Assembly (NCBI GenBank): GCA_963782055.1 | Contig: CAWAIF010000003.1 | Location: 1,888,001 to 1,952,000 of the forward strand | Origin: an uncultured delta proteobacterium | GTDB lineage: Bacteria > Myxococcota_A > Polyangia > Polyangiales > Polyangiaceae | Reading direction: 5' to 3' | DNA: 64,000 nt | In this document: piece after piece, positions 39,301 to 50,126 of the stretch | Layout of the letters: every line of letters starts with the position of its first letter | Numbering within the stretch: position 1 is the stretch's first letter | Notes under the pieces: model-generated | The model's database searches: none | What the model was told of the DNA's origin: nothing | The model's input: only the letters and a program-made list of their open reading frames with translations | Made by a program: the position numbers and the translations under genes

Positions 39301-39393
39301 CGTCACGCGAGGGTAGCACCTCGGCCCCGCGCTCACAGCCCCGCAAGCGAACCCATCGCGCCGGCCCCGGGCTCTCACCGTGTGGAGGTAGCA

Positions 39394-39810
39394 ATGAGTA
39401 CCGTGGCCGTCACCCAAGAGAGCTTCGTGTCCCTCGTGGAGAAGGAAGGGATCCTCGTCATCGACTGGTGGGCGGCCTGGTGCGGTCCGTGCCGCGCCTT
39501 CGCCCCCGTCTTCGAGAAGGCGTCCGCCAGGCACCCCGACGTCACCTGGGGCAAGGTCGACACCGAGGCCGAGCCGGAGATCGCCGGGGCGATGGGCATC
39601 CGCGCCATCCCCACCCTGAGCATCTTCCGCGACGGCATCCTGGTCTTCCACAACCCCGGGATGCTGCCGCCCGCCGCGCTGGAGGACGTCCTCGCCAAGG
39701 TCCGCGCGCTGGACATGGACAAGGTCCGCGAGGACATCGCCGAGCAGGAGAAGGCGCGTGAGGTCGCGCCGGAGGTCGCGCCCCAGGCGGCGGCCGCCAC
39801 GACCGCCTGA
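39394..39810 (+). CDS. trxA: Thioredoxin
   Basis: WAAWCGPC and IRAIPTL; GGAGG RBS. Confidence 0.92.
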   Translation: MSTVAVTQESFVSLVEKEGILVIDWWAAWCGPCRAFAPVFEKASARHPDVTWGKVDTEAEPEIAGAMGIRAIPTLSIFRDGILVFHNPGMLPPAALEDVLAKVRALDMDKVREDIAEQEKAREVAPEVAPQAAAATTA

Positions 39811-39821
39811 GCCGAGCGCGT

Positions 39822-39944
39822 GCCCGCGCGCGCGTGAACGTGCACGACCCCGTCTCCCGGACGGCGCAACCTTCCGTTCCCGGGGCCCGGCAGCACCTCC
39901 CTCTTCCGGGTGCGGGGTTCGTGCACGTCCACGCGCGCGCGGGC
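39822..39944. repeat. ~30 bp inverted-repeat doublet (REP-like) between convergent genes
   Basis: GCCCGCGCGCGCGTGAACGTGCACGACCCCG versus CGGGGTTCGTGCACGTCCACGCGCGCGCGGGC. Confidence 0.7.
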
Positions 39945-39958
39945 CGCGGCCGTCGCCG

Positions 39959-41074
<1,116 letters not shown>

Positions 41075-41076
41075 GG

Positions 41077-42645
41077 TCACCCCCCGAAGAACTCGCGCAC
41101 GCGCTTCATGCGCTTGCGAAGCAGGAGCGGGATCTTCCACGCCCCCAGCACGCGGCCGATCTGCGCGTCCGCGAGCGCCTCGCCCAGCTTGCCGAGGTCG
41201 CTGTCGAAGGGCATCCAGAAGATCTCCGGGGCCGTCGCCTCGTCCACCACGAAGGCGCGCGGCCGGGCGAAGGTGGTGAGCGACCAGCCGCTGTTGGCGA
41301 CGCCGAAGCCGGTGGCGCGCGTCCCGGTCCACGGCAGGGCGGGCACCGCTCCGGTGAAGGCGTGGTTGTTCACGTCCACGATGCCGACCTCCAGCCGCTC
41401 GGCCAGGCGCTCCGCGCGGGCCACGTCGCGCGTCCAGATGGACGCGCCCAGGCCGTACTTGCCCGCGTTGATGCGGCGCACCGCCTCGTCGGCGCCGTGG
41501 ATGCGCACGACGGCGAGCACCGGGCCGAAGGTCTCCTCCCGCACCACGTCCATCGCGTCGGTGCAGCCGTCCAGCAGCGTGGGCTCGTAGCCGAAGCCGG
41601 CGCCCGTCCGCTTGCCGCCGCACACCACGCGCGCGCCCTTGGCGACGGCGTCGCGCACCTGCGACTCGACGATCTCCAGCTGCCTGGCGTTGGCCATGGG
41701 CGAGACCTCCACGTCGGGCTCGCCGGGGCCGGTGCGCAGCCGCCGCCACGCGCTCTCCAGCCGGGCGACGAGCTCGTCGGCGATGCGGTCCTCGACGTAG
41801 ACGATCTCGATCGCCCCGCAGGCCTGCCCGCTGTTGGAGAGCGCCCAGTGGGTGATGGCGGCGGTGGTGCGCCACAGATCGCAGTCGGCCAGCACGATGG
41901 CGGCGTCCTTGCCGCCCATCTCGACGCTGGAGGGGATGCCCAGCTCCGCGCAGCGCACCCGCACCGCCTTGCCGGCGCGCACCGAGCCGGTGAAGACGCA
42001 CGCGTCGATGCCGGCGTCGACGAGCGCCGCGCCCACCGTGCCGTCGCCCTGGATCACCTGCGCGACGCCGAAGGGCAGCTCCCTCGCCAGGTGCTCGACG
42101 AACCATGCGCTGGTGCGCGGCGTGTACTCCGACGGCTTGAGCAGCACCGCGTTGCCGAGCAAGAGCGCGGGGATCACCGACCGGTAGAGTCCCGCCACCG
42201 GGAAGTTCCACGGCGCGATGACGCCGATGACCCCGCGGGGCACCAGGTCGATGCGCGCGCGCTTCTTGGGGAAGTTGATCGGGTTGAGGCGCACCGCCTC
42301 CCGCGCGTGCCGCTCCACGATCTTCTTCCACGAGGTGACGGCGTCCAGGTGGCCGAGGCCCTCCGTGAAGAGGCCCTCCACCTCGTGCTTGCCCATCTCC
42401 TCCTTCGCGAGGGCGACGACGCGATCGCGATCGCGGAGCATGGCCTTCGCAGCGCGGGTCAGCGCCGCCGCCCGCGCCTCGAGTGTCCGCCCCGCCCACT
42501 CCGGCTGCGCGACCCGCGCCGCCTCGACGGCGCGCCGCAGCTCGTCGCGCGTGGCCATCGGCAGCGGCTGCAGCTCCGATCCGTCGAGGGGGGAGACGCG
42601 GTGGATCGCGGGAGAATGGGGCGTCGTGCCGTTCTGGTGGAGCAT
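41077..42645 (-). CDS. Aldehyde dehydrogenase
   Basis: IAPWNFP, LKPSE, FTGS, EMGGKD, NSGQAC and EETFGP. Confidence 0.93.
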   Translation of the reverse strand: MLHQNGTTPHSPAIHRVSPLDGSELQPLPMATRDELRRAVEAARVAQPEWAGRTLEARAAALTRAAKAMLRDRDRVVALAKEEMGKHEVEGLFTEGLGHLDAVTSWKKIVERHAREAVRLNPINFPKKRARIDLVPRGVIGVIAPWNFPVAGLYRSVIPALLLGNAVLLKPSEYTPRTSAWFVEHLARELPFGVAQVIQGDGTVGAALVDAGIDACVFTGSVRAGKAVRVRCAELGIPSSVEMGGKDAAIVLADCDLWRTTAAITHWALSNSGQACGAIEIVYVEDRIADELVARLESAWRRLRTGPGEPDVEVSPMANARQLEIVESQVRDAVAKGARVVCGGKRTGAGFGYEPTLLDGCTDAMDVVREETFGPVLAVVRIHGADEAVRRINAGKYGLGASIWTRDVARAERLAERLEVGIVDVNNHAFTGAVPALPWTGTRATGFGVANSGWSLTTFARPRAFVVDEATAPEIFWMPFDSDLGKLGEALADAQIGRVLGAWKIPLLLRKRMKRVREFFGG

Positions 42646-42758
42646 CGCCGGGGTGCCATAGCACGACCGCGAAGGGGTCGCCGAGAGGCAAGCCGGGGCG
42701 GCGCGGGGCCCGGGCTCAGCTTGTCCGCCCCCCCGCGCCGGTGTACAGACCCCGGGCC

Positions 42759-44669
42759 GTGCTGTCGCATCTCGACGTCCCCACCGCCTCCCCCGACCTC
42801 GGCAAGGCTCAGCTCCGGTCCGCCCTCGCCTTCGCCGAGGCCATCATCCCCGGCTCCGCGCAGACCCCCGCCGCCGACGAGACCACCATCGCCCGCGTCC
42901 AGCAGGTGCTCGGCAAGCTCTCCCCGCAGGTCGTCCGCGGGTGGACGGGCGCGCTCCAGCTCCTGGACCAGGCAGTCCGCCTGCAGGCGGGCAAGCCCTT
43001 CCACGCGCTGACGCGCGCCAAGCAGGAGGCCATCCTCGCGGGCTGGGAGAAGAGCCCGGTCCTGCGCGGCCCGCTCCATGCCCTCTCCTACGTCTTCAAG
43101 ATCGCCCACTTCGATCAGCCGCGCACCTACGAGGCGCTCGGCGGCCACCTGCGCGTCCTGTCCAACGTGGAGGTCGCCCGGTGGGAGCAGCAGATCCACC
43201 GCGCCCAGGACTGGCAGGAAGACCGCGACGTGGAGTGCGACGTCGTCGTCGTCGGCACCGGCGCCGGCGGCGCGGTCGTCGGCCGCGAGCTCGCCGACCG
43301 CGGCTTCGCGGTCGTCTTCGTGGAAGAGGGCGGGCGCTTCCGCCGCGACGCCTTCATCGGCAGCTTCCTGCACGCGCACTCGACCTACTACCGCAACTCC
43401 ATCACGCTCGGGAACGCGCCCATCACATTGCTCATGGGCAAGCTCGTCGGCGGCTCCACCGCGGTCAACGGCGGGACCTGCCTGCGGCCGCCGCCGTGGG
43501 TGCTGGAGGAGTGGGCGGAGCGTCTGGACTGCGACGACTTCTCCGCCGAGGGCATGGGCCCGCTGCTCGATCGTGTCGAGGGCGTGCTGCAGGTCTCCAC
43601 GCCGGAGCGCAAGTACATCGGCCCCATCGCCGACGTGATGGACCGCGGCGCCTCCGCCTTCGGCTGGCACACCGCGCCCATCCCGCGCAACGCCGTGGGG
43701 TGCGAGGGCGAGGGCTTCTGTGACTACGGGTGCGCCTCCGGCGCGCGCCGCAGCGTGGACATCTCGTACCTGCCCGGGGCGCTGGAGAAGGGCTCCATCG
43801 TCCTCACCGAGCTGCGCGCCGAGCGCGTCCTCACCGAGGCCGGGCGCGCCGTCGGCGTCGAGGGCCACGACGGCACCGGCCGCCGCTTCCGCGTGCGCGG
43901 CAAGGCGGTGATCCTTGCGGGCGGCGCCATCCCCACCCCGATGCTGCTGCTGCGGCAGGGCCTCGCCAACTCCAGCGGGGAGGTGGGCAAGAACCTCAGC
44001 CTGCACCCGAGCGCGGGCTTCGGCGCCTACGTCGACGACGTGCTCGACCCGGAGCGCTACATCCCGCAGGGCTACATGGTCGACGAGTTCCTGCGCGAGG
44101 GCATGCTGCTGCTCGCCGCGCAGCCGGACGTGAACATCGCCCACATGATGTTCCCCTTCACCGGCCGCCGGCTGATGCGCGCCATCGACTCGCTGCCGCA
44201 CCTCGCCCTCTTCGGCACGATGATCCGCGACAGGAGCCGCGGGCGGGTCTGGTTCGACGTCGGGGGCAACCCGGCGATGACGTACAACCTCCTGCCCGAG
44301 GACATCGACCTCATGCACAAGGCGATGATCAAGACCGGGGAGATGTGCTGGGCCGCCGGCGCGCGCCGCATCTACACCGGCCTCATCGGTGCCGACTCGG
44401 TCGAGAGCCGCGCCGACTGGGAGCGCTTCAAGAGCTACACCATCACCCCCGCGGAGCTGGCCCTCATCAGCTACCACCCGCTGGGCACCTGCCGCATGGG
44501 GCGTGACCCGCGGACCAGCGTCGTCGACCTGGACCACCAGGTGCACGACGTCCCGGGCCTCTTCGTGGTGGACGGCAGCACCGTGCCCGGCCCGCCCGGC
44601 GTCAACCCGCAGGTGATCATCATGGCGATGGCCACCCGCGCCGCCGCTCGCATCGCCGCCCGCCTCTGA
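42759..44669 (+). CDS. GMC-family oxidoreductase with N-terminal helical (gluconate-DH subunit 3-like) domain
   Basis: VVGTGAGG, GGSTAVNGG, C...G.C.YGC, VGKNLSLHP, YHPLGTCRMG, VVDGS and GVNPQ. Confidence 0.9.
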   Translation: MLSHLDVPTASPDLGKAQLRSALAFAEAIIPGSAQTPAADETTIARVQQVLGKLSPQVVRGWTGALQLLDQAVRLQAGKPFHALTRAKQEAILAGWEKSPVLRGPLHALSYVFKIAHFDQPRTYEALGGHLRVLSNVEVARWEQQIHRAQDWQEDRDVECDVVVVGTGAGGAVVGRELADRGFAVVFVEEGGRFRRDAFIGSFLHAHSTYYRNSITLGNAPITLLMGKLVGGSTAVNGGTCLRPPPWVLEEWAERLDCDDFSAEGMGPLLDRVEGVLQVSTPERKYIGPIADVMDRGASAFGWHTAPIPRNAVGCEGEGFCDYGCASGARRSVDISYLPGALEKGSIVLTELRAERVLTEAGRAVGVEGHDGTGRRFRVRGKAVILAGGAIPTPMLLLRQGLANSSGEVGKNLSLHPSAGFGAYVDDVLDPERYIPQGYMVDEFLREGMLLLAAQPDVNIAHMMFPFTGRRLMRAIDSLPHLALFGTMIRDRSRGRVWFDVGGNPAMTYNLLPEDIDLMHKAMIKTGEMCWAAGARRIYTGLIGADSVESRADWERFKSYTITPAELALISYHPLGTCRMGRDPRTSVVDLDHQVHDVPGLFVVDGSTVPGPPGVNPQVIIMAMATRAAARIAARL

Positions 44670-44676
44670 CGTTCTT

Positions 44677-44720
44677 CGCTCCCCCTCTGCGCGGGGAGCG
44701 GGGGCTGGGGGGGTGAGGGC
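44677..44720 (+). repeat. REP-like hairpin plus G-rich tail
   Basis: CGCTCCCC-CTCTGCGC-GGGGAGCG stem-loop followed by GGGGCTGGGGGGGTGAGGGC. Confidence 0.5.
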
Positions 44721-44777
44721 TGCGCAGAACGGTACGCAGTAGCGCGGCGTCGCAGGGCGCGGTATAGGCGCCGGCGC

Positions 44778-46397
44778 ATGCTTCAGGAGGATGTCGTGAG
44801 TAGCGCGCCCGTGCCGCGCGAGCGTGCTGCGGCGGACGCGCCGCGCGAGCTCCGCCACACGCCGTTCCCGCGCGTGGTCGGCAAGGCGATGCTCGTCGCC
44901 GCGCACGCGCAGGTCCGCCGCTGGGACAAGGCGCTCACCCGCGTGCGCGAGGAGCAGGAGGAGATCCTGCTCTCCATCGTGAAGCACGCCGCGCAGACCG
45001 AGTACGGCCGCGCCCACGACTTCGCGGGCATCCGCGGCTACGAGGACTTTCGCGCGCGCGTCCCGGTCGGCGACTACGACGCCTTCTCCCCGTACATCGA
45101 CCGCATGCGCAAGGGCGAGCGTGACCTGCTCGTGCCCGAGTTCATTCGCTACTTCGGCAACTCGTCGGGCAGCTCCACCCAGGGCAAGCCCAAGTTCCTG
45201 CCCATCGCCGAGCGGCAAATCGGCATCCAGCGCCGGGCCGGCACCGACGGCCTGATGCGCACGCTCGTGCACCTGCACGAGGACCAGTTCACTCGCGGCT
45301 TCACCCTCGGCCTCTTCCCGCCCACCACCATGCGCGAAGAGGGCCCGGTGCTCATCACGAGCAACCCGGCGCTGATGGTGACCAAGCTGCCGCTCGTCTC
45401 CCGCCCGGCGTACCTCCCGGACGAGGAGTGCAAGCGCATCTCCGACTACGACACCAAGCTCTCGCTCATCGCGCACAAGTACATCGACCACGACGTGCGC
45501 GCCCTCGCCGGCACCACGTGCTGGTTCTCGCTGATGTTCGAGAAGCTCATCGCGGAGGCGAAGCGGCGCGGCCGCGGCGCCCGCTCCGTCCACGAGATCT
45601 GGCCGAACCTGCGCATCCTGCTGGGCGGCGGCGTCTCGGCGGACCCGTACATGCCCGTCATCCGCGAGCTGATGGGCCGCGACGACGTGCTCCTCGTCGA
45701 CAGCTACAACGCGACCGAGGGCGGCATCTACGCCGCGAGCGATCACACCGGCCGTCCGGGCATGCTCCTTCTCCCGCACCGCGGCACCTTCTTCGAGTTC
45801 GTCGCGCTGGAGGAGCACGACAAGCCCGACGCGAAGCGCGTCCCGCTCTGGGAGGTCGAGCTCGGGAAGAGCTACGCGATCGTCGTCACGACGGTCAGCG
45901 GCCTGTACGCCTACAAGCTCGGCGACATCGTCCGCTTCCCGGAGGAGAACCGTATGGAGTTCGTCGGGAGGCTCTCCGGGTGCCTCTCGGTGACCCAGGA
46001 GCTGACGACGCACGTAGAAATCGAACGGGCCGTTGCGCACGCTCTTTCGCAGGTCCCGGCGGTCACCGTGGACTTCGGGGCGTCCGCCAAGATCGGCGCC
46101 AAGTCCCGCTACGTTCTCTTCGCGGAGTTCGCCCCGGGCAAGCGCCCGGCCGACATGGAAGCCTTCGCGAAGGCCTTCGATGAGGGCCTTTGCAGGGAAA
46201 ATCGCGTGTATAGGGAGCACCGGCATGACGACGTGGCCATCCTCCCCCCGGTGATCACCCCCCTGCGCGCGGGTGGGGCCAGGGGGTACCTGGAGGAGGT
46301 CACCCGGGGCAACGTGCAGGGGAAGTTCCCCCGCATCATCGACCCCTCCCGCCTGTCGCAGGTAATGGCTTACGCAGAAGGCGGCCCCTCCGCCTGA
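44778..46397 (+). CDS. GH3-family acyl-adenylate-forming amide synthetase
   Basis: Adenylation motifs SSGSSTQGKPKFLP, YNATEG and LYAYKLGD; C-terminal QGKFPR; alternative GTG start at 44796. Confidence 0.88.
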   Translation: MLQEDVVSSAPVPRERAAADAPRELRHTPFPRVVGKAMLVAAHAQVRRWDKALTRVREEQEEILLSIVKHAAQTEYGRAHDFAGIRGYEDFRARVPVGDYDAFSPYIDRMRKGERDLLVPEFIRYFGNSSGSSTQGKPKFLPIAERQIGIQRRAGTDGLMRTLVHLHEDQFTRGFTLGLFPPTTMREEGPVLITSNPALMVTKLPLVSRPAYLPDEECKRISDYDTKLSLIAHKYIDHDVRALAGTTCWFSLMFEKLIAEAKRRGRGARSVHEIWPNLRILLGGGVSADPYMPVIRELMGRDDVLLVDSYNATEGGIYAASDHTGRPGMLLLPHRGTFFEFVALEEHDKPDAKRVPLWEVELGKSYAIVVTTVSGLYAYKLGDIVRFPEENRMEFVGRLSGCLSVTQELTTHVEIERAVAHALSQVPAVTVDFGASAKIGAKSRYVLFAEFAPGKRPADMEAFAKAFDEGLCRENRVYREHRHDDVAILPPVITPLRAGGARGYLEEVTRGNVQGKFPRIIDPSRLSQVMAYAEGGPSA

Positions 46398-46517
46398 CCA
46401 ATTGACTATTCCACTCGCGGCCCGGCCCCGCCAAAACACGATCGGCCGGAAAAGGCCGCCAGGATGTCCGCCCCGGTTCGGCGGGCGCCCTCGACGGCGC
46501 AGCAGCAGGAGAGAGCC

Positions 46518-47726
46518 TTGAAGAAGCTGGGAGTCCTCATCGTTGGTGTTCACGGTGCAGTCGCCACGACGCTCGTCGCGGGCGTGGAGATGATGGTCAA
46601 GGGCCTGACGCCGCGCTTTGGCATGGTGACCGAGAAGGGCGAGGCCAACATCGCCGAGGCGCTGACCCAGTGGCTCGACTTCGCCCCGCTCGAGGGCATG
46701 GTCTTCGGCGGCTGGGACCCGCGCTTCGACAACGCGTACGAGGCGGCGCTGCACCACAAGGTGCTGCCGACCGACGCGCTCCGTCCGGTCCGCGAGAAGA
46801 TGGAGACGACGAAGGCCTGGCCGGCCATCTTCGCCAAGAACGGCAAGACGCCCGAGGGCAACGTCGCCATCGTGAAGAACATCCGCGAGGAGATCGCGGC
46901 CATCCAGAAGAACATCACCGACTTCAAGAAGCAGCACGGCGTCGATGACGTGGTGATGGTGAACCTCCTCTCCACCGAGCCGTACCTGGAGGAGGCCGAC
47001 ATCCACAAGTCGCTCGCCGCCTTCGAGAAGGCGCTCGACAGCGACGACCGCCGCATCAACGTCTCGATGCGGTACTTCTACGCCGCGAACGCGCTGGGCG
47101 TGCCGTACTGCAACTTCACCCCGAGCCTCACCAACGTGCCCGCCCTGGTGGAGCACGCCGAGAAGAACAACAACCCCTTCTGCGGCATGGACGGCAAGAC
47201 GGGGCAGACGCTCATCAAGACCGCGCTCGCCTCGGTCTTCCGCGCGCGCCGCCTGCACATCGAGGGCTGGTACTCCACCAACATCCTCGGCAACAACGAC
47301 GGCTTCGTGCTGGCGGACCCCGAGTCCAACAAGACCAAGGTCATGTCCAAGCAGAGCGTGCTGGACTCGATCGTCGGCTACAAGGTGGAAAACCACCAGG
47401 TCCACATCCACTACTACAAGCCCCGCGGCGACTCGAAGGAGGCCTGGGACAACATCGACCTCGTCGGCTTCGCCGGCGTGCCGATGCAGATGAAGGTGGA
47501 CTTCCTCTGCCAGGACTCCGCCCTCGCGGCGCCGCTCGTGGTCGACCTCGTCCGCCTGCTGCAGATCGCCAAGGAGAACGGCGAGAAGGGCATCCAGCGG
47601 CAGATGTCGATGTTCTTCAAGTCGCCCTACGCCAGCCCCGGCGAGACGCCCGTGCACGACTTCTTCAAGCAGGAGAAGCTGCTGGTCGACTGGGCGCAGC
47701 ACATCGCCAAGCGCACCAGCCGCTGA
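46518..47726 (+). CDS. ino1: myo-inositol-1(3)-phosphate synthase
   Basis: GAVATT, FGGWD, NFTP, GMDGKTGQTLIKT, NILGNNDG, KEAWDNI and DSALAAP; TTG start with AGGAG RBS. Confidence 0.95.
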   Translation: MKKLGVLIVGVHGAVATTLVAGVEMMVKGLTPRFGMVTEKGEANIAEALTQWLDFAPLEGMVFGGWDPRFDNAYEAALHHKVLPTDALRPVREKMETTKAWPAIFAKNGKTPEGNVAIVKNIREEIAAIQKNITDFKKQHGVDDVVMVNLLSTEPYLEEADIHKSLAAFEKALDSDDRRINVSMRYFYAANALGVPYCNFTPSLTNVPALVEHAEKNNNPFCGMDGKTGQTLIKTALASVFRARRLHIEGWYSTNILGNNDGFVLADPESNKTKVMSKQSVLDSIVGYKVENHQVHIHYYKPRGDSKEAWDNIDLVGFAGVPMQMKVDFLCQDSALAAPLVVDLVRLLQIAKENGEKGIQRQMSMFFKSPYASPGETPVHDFFKQEKLLVDWAQHIAKRTSR

Positions 47727-47769
47727 GCGGCAGGCCGGATGCTCGTTTTTCGCGAGAAGATCCGATCGC

Positions 47770-49101
47770 ATGCCGGCGATGACCGACACCCCCGCGGTCC
47801 TGGGCGGTAGCCCGCTCCTCCAGAAGAGCGAGCACCGCCCGTGGCCGCTGGTCACGGAGGAGGAGCGGCGCGCGGTGATGCGCGTGCTCGACCGCGGCGT
47901 CCTCTCCGGCTCCTACGCGCCCGAGGCGCTGGCGCTGCAGGAGGAGCTCGCCTCCTTCGTCGGCGCCAAGCACTGCCTGCTCACCCACTGCGGCACGAGC
48001 GCGCTGCAGCTCGCCCTCTGCGCCGCCGGGGTGGGCCAGGGCGACGAGGTCGTGGTCCCCGCCTACAGCTTCGTCGCCACGCCGCTCGCCGTCGCGCTCC
48101 AGGGCGCGGTCCCGGTCTTCGCCGACGTCGACGCGGTCACCGGGGAGCTGGACGTGGCCCTGGCGGAGGCGGCGATCACCCCGCGCACGAAGGCGATCAT
48201 GCCCGTGCACATCCACGGCGCGGCGTGCGACATGGACGCCTGGCTGGCCCTCGGCGAGCGGCGCCACGTCGCCATCGTGGAGGACGCAGCCCAGGCCCAC
48301 GGCGCGCGGTGCGGCGACAGGCCGGTCGGCGCGCTGGGCGTGGCCGGCGGCTTCTCCATGCAGTCGAGCAAGAACCTCCCGGGAGGGGAGGGCGGCTTCT
48401 TCGTCACCAACGACGACGCCGCGGCCGAGCTCGGCAACCGGCTGCGCAACTTCGGCCAGGACCTGCACCTGGCGGACGCCGCCGGCTTCGACCTCGCCCG
48501 CGCGCTGGATGGCACGCGCGCCCTCGACTCGCAGTTTCTCGGGTCGATGTACCGCGGCAACGAGATGATGGCCGCCTTCGCCCGCGCGCAGCTCCGCCGC
48601 CTGCCGGAGCTCACCGCCCGCGCCCAGCAGACCGGCGCGCGCCTCGCCGCGAAGCTGGCCGAGCTGCCCGGCGTCACGCCGCCCGTGGCCCGCCCCGGCC
48701 GCACCTCGGTGCACCACAAGTTCCGCGTCCACATGGACCCCGCCGCCGCCGGCCTCTCCTGCTCGCCGAAGACCCTGCGCGACGCCATGAAGGCCGCGCT
48801 CGCCGCGGAGGGCTGCGAGGTCGTCTTCTGGCAGTCGGCCCCGCTCCCGGCGCAGGCCGTCTTCCAGCAGCGCGCCGGCTTCCCCTTCGGTGGCCTCGAG
48901 GGAGGCACCGATCTGGCGCACAACTACGAGACCGCGCGCTACCCCGCGACGTCGAAGCTGCTCGACGGCTCGCTCGTCCTCTTCTCGCAGTCGCACCCGT
49001 TCATCGCCCAGGATCCCGACGTGGCCCTCCGGTACGCCGACGCCTTCGCGCGGGTGTGGCGCCACCGCGAGGACGTCGTCGCCGCGCACGCGCGCGGCTG
49101 A
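47770..49101 (+). CDS. DegT/DnrJ/EryC1/StrS PLP aminotransferase, aminocyclitol (StsC/BtrR-like) type
   Basis: GTSAL, GDEVVVP, PVHIHG, EDAAQAHG and FSMQSSKNLPGGEGG (PLP Lys). Confidence 0.9.
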   Translation: MPAMTDTPAVLGGSPLLQKSEHRPWPLVTEEERRAVMRVLDRGVLSGSYAPEALALQEELASFVGAKHCLLTHCGTSALQLALCAAGVGQGDEVVVPAYSFVATPLAVALQGAVPVFADVDAVTGELDVALAEAAITPRTKAIMPVHIHGAACDMDAWLALGERRHVAIVEDAAQAHGARCGDRPVGALGVAGGFSMQSSKNLPGGEGGFFVTNDDAAAELGNRLRNFGQDLHLADAAGFDLARALDGTRALDSQFLGSMYRGNEMMAAFARAQLRRLPELTARAQQTGARLAAKLAELPGVTPPVARPGRTSVHHKFRVHMDPAAAGLSCSPKTLRDAMKAALAAEGCEVVFWQSAPLPAQAVFQQRAGFPFGGLEGGTDLAHNYETARYPATSKLLDGSLVLFSQSHPFIAQDPDVALRYADAFARVWRHREDVVAAHARG

Positions 49102-49106
49102 CGGCC

Positions 49107-50105
49107 ATGGCGGCGACGACCCGGCGCTGGGAGCGTATCAAGGGCGTGATGCGCCTCGCCCTGCTCGGCGGCGGGCTGGCGCTGATCGTCTACCTGGTGC
49201 ACTCCGCCGGCCCGGCGAAGGTGTGGGCCGCGCTCACCGCCGCCGGCCCGTGGATCCCGCTCATCGTCCTGCTGGAGGCCGCCATCCTGGCCACCGACAC
49301 CGCGGCGTTCGCCACCATCCTCGGGCCGAGGCGCGGCAGCGTCTCCCTGAAGGGGTGGCTGCGCTCCAGCGCCATCTCGTACGTCGGGCTGGTGCTCCTG
49401 CCGGCGGGGCGCACGGCGAGCGAGGTGGGCCGCGCGACGGTGATTGCACAATACACGGGTTCGCTCAAGTCGGCCACGGCCGGCGCGCAGCTCCAGGCCG
49501 CCGCGCTCATCGCCGACGGCGCCATCTCCGGCGTCGTCGCGCTGGGCATCTACCTCATGATGGGCGACAAGCAGCACCTGCCCGCCATCCTCGCCGGCAA
49601 CTTCGTACTGGCCGCCGGCCTCGGGATGGGCCTGGAGCTGCTCCTTCACAACAAGCGCCTGGCGTCCTGGGTGCGCAAGAAGCTCCCGCGCCTCGCCAAG
49701 GGCGCGGCCGAGGGCGACGAGCACCCGCACGCGCTCGGCGTCGCGCCGACAGCGTGGAGCATGGTCGGACGCCTCTTGCAGGTGCTGCAGTACGGCATCG
49801 CGGTCAAGGCCGTGGGCGGGAGCTTCGGCCTGGCGGGCGCGCTCGTCGCCCACGGCGTGCACATGGTGGGCGCCACCGCGGGCATGGCGGTGCCCAACCA
49901 GGTGGGCGTGGCCGACGGCGCCTACGTCGCCTTCGCCGACGTGCTTGGCTTCGGCGACGCGCCGGCGCGCGCGCTCTCCATCGCGCTCGTCCTGCGCGCC
50001 GCGCAGCTCGCCTTCGCCGCGGCCTGCCTGCTCCTGGCGGCGCTCACCCGGGAGGCCGTCGCCAAGGCCGTGCCGGCGACCGCCCAGCAGACCGACGGCG
50101 CGTGA
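49107..50105 (+). CDS. Lysylphosphatidylglycerol-synthase TM / flippase-like membrane protein
   Basis: About 8 TM helices; LLPAGRTASEVGR and VPNQVGVADG. Confidence 0.8.
   Translation: MAATTRRWERIKGVMRLALLGGGLALIVYLVHSAGPAKVWAALTAAGPWIPLIVLLEAAILATDTAAFATILGPRRGSVSLKGWLRSSAISYVGLVLLPAGRTASEVGRATVIAQYTGSLKSATAGAQLQAAALIADGAISGVVALGIYLMMGDKQHLPAILAGNFVLAAGLGMGLELLLHNKRLASWVRKKLPRLAKGAAEGDEHPHALGVAPTAWSMVGRLLQVLQYGIAVKAVGGSFGLAGALVAHGVHMVGATAGMAVPNQVGVADGAYVAFADVLGFGDAPARALSIALVLRAAQLAFAAACLLLAALTREAVAKAVPATAQQTDGA
49444..49455 (+). repeat. Dispersed motif TTGCANAATACA, copy 5 (TTGCACAATACA)
   Basis: Exact match, read as ATT GCA CAA TAC. Confidence 0.8.
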
Positions 50106-50126
50106 GAGGACGGGCGGCGCGCGCGG

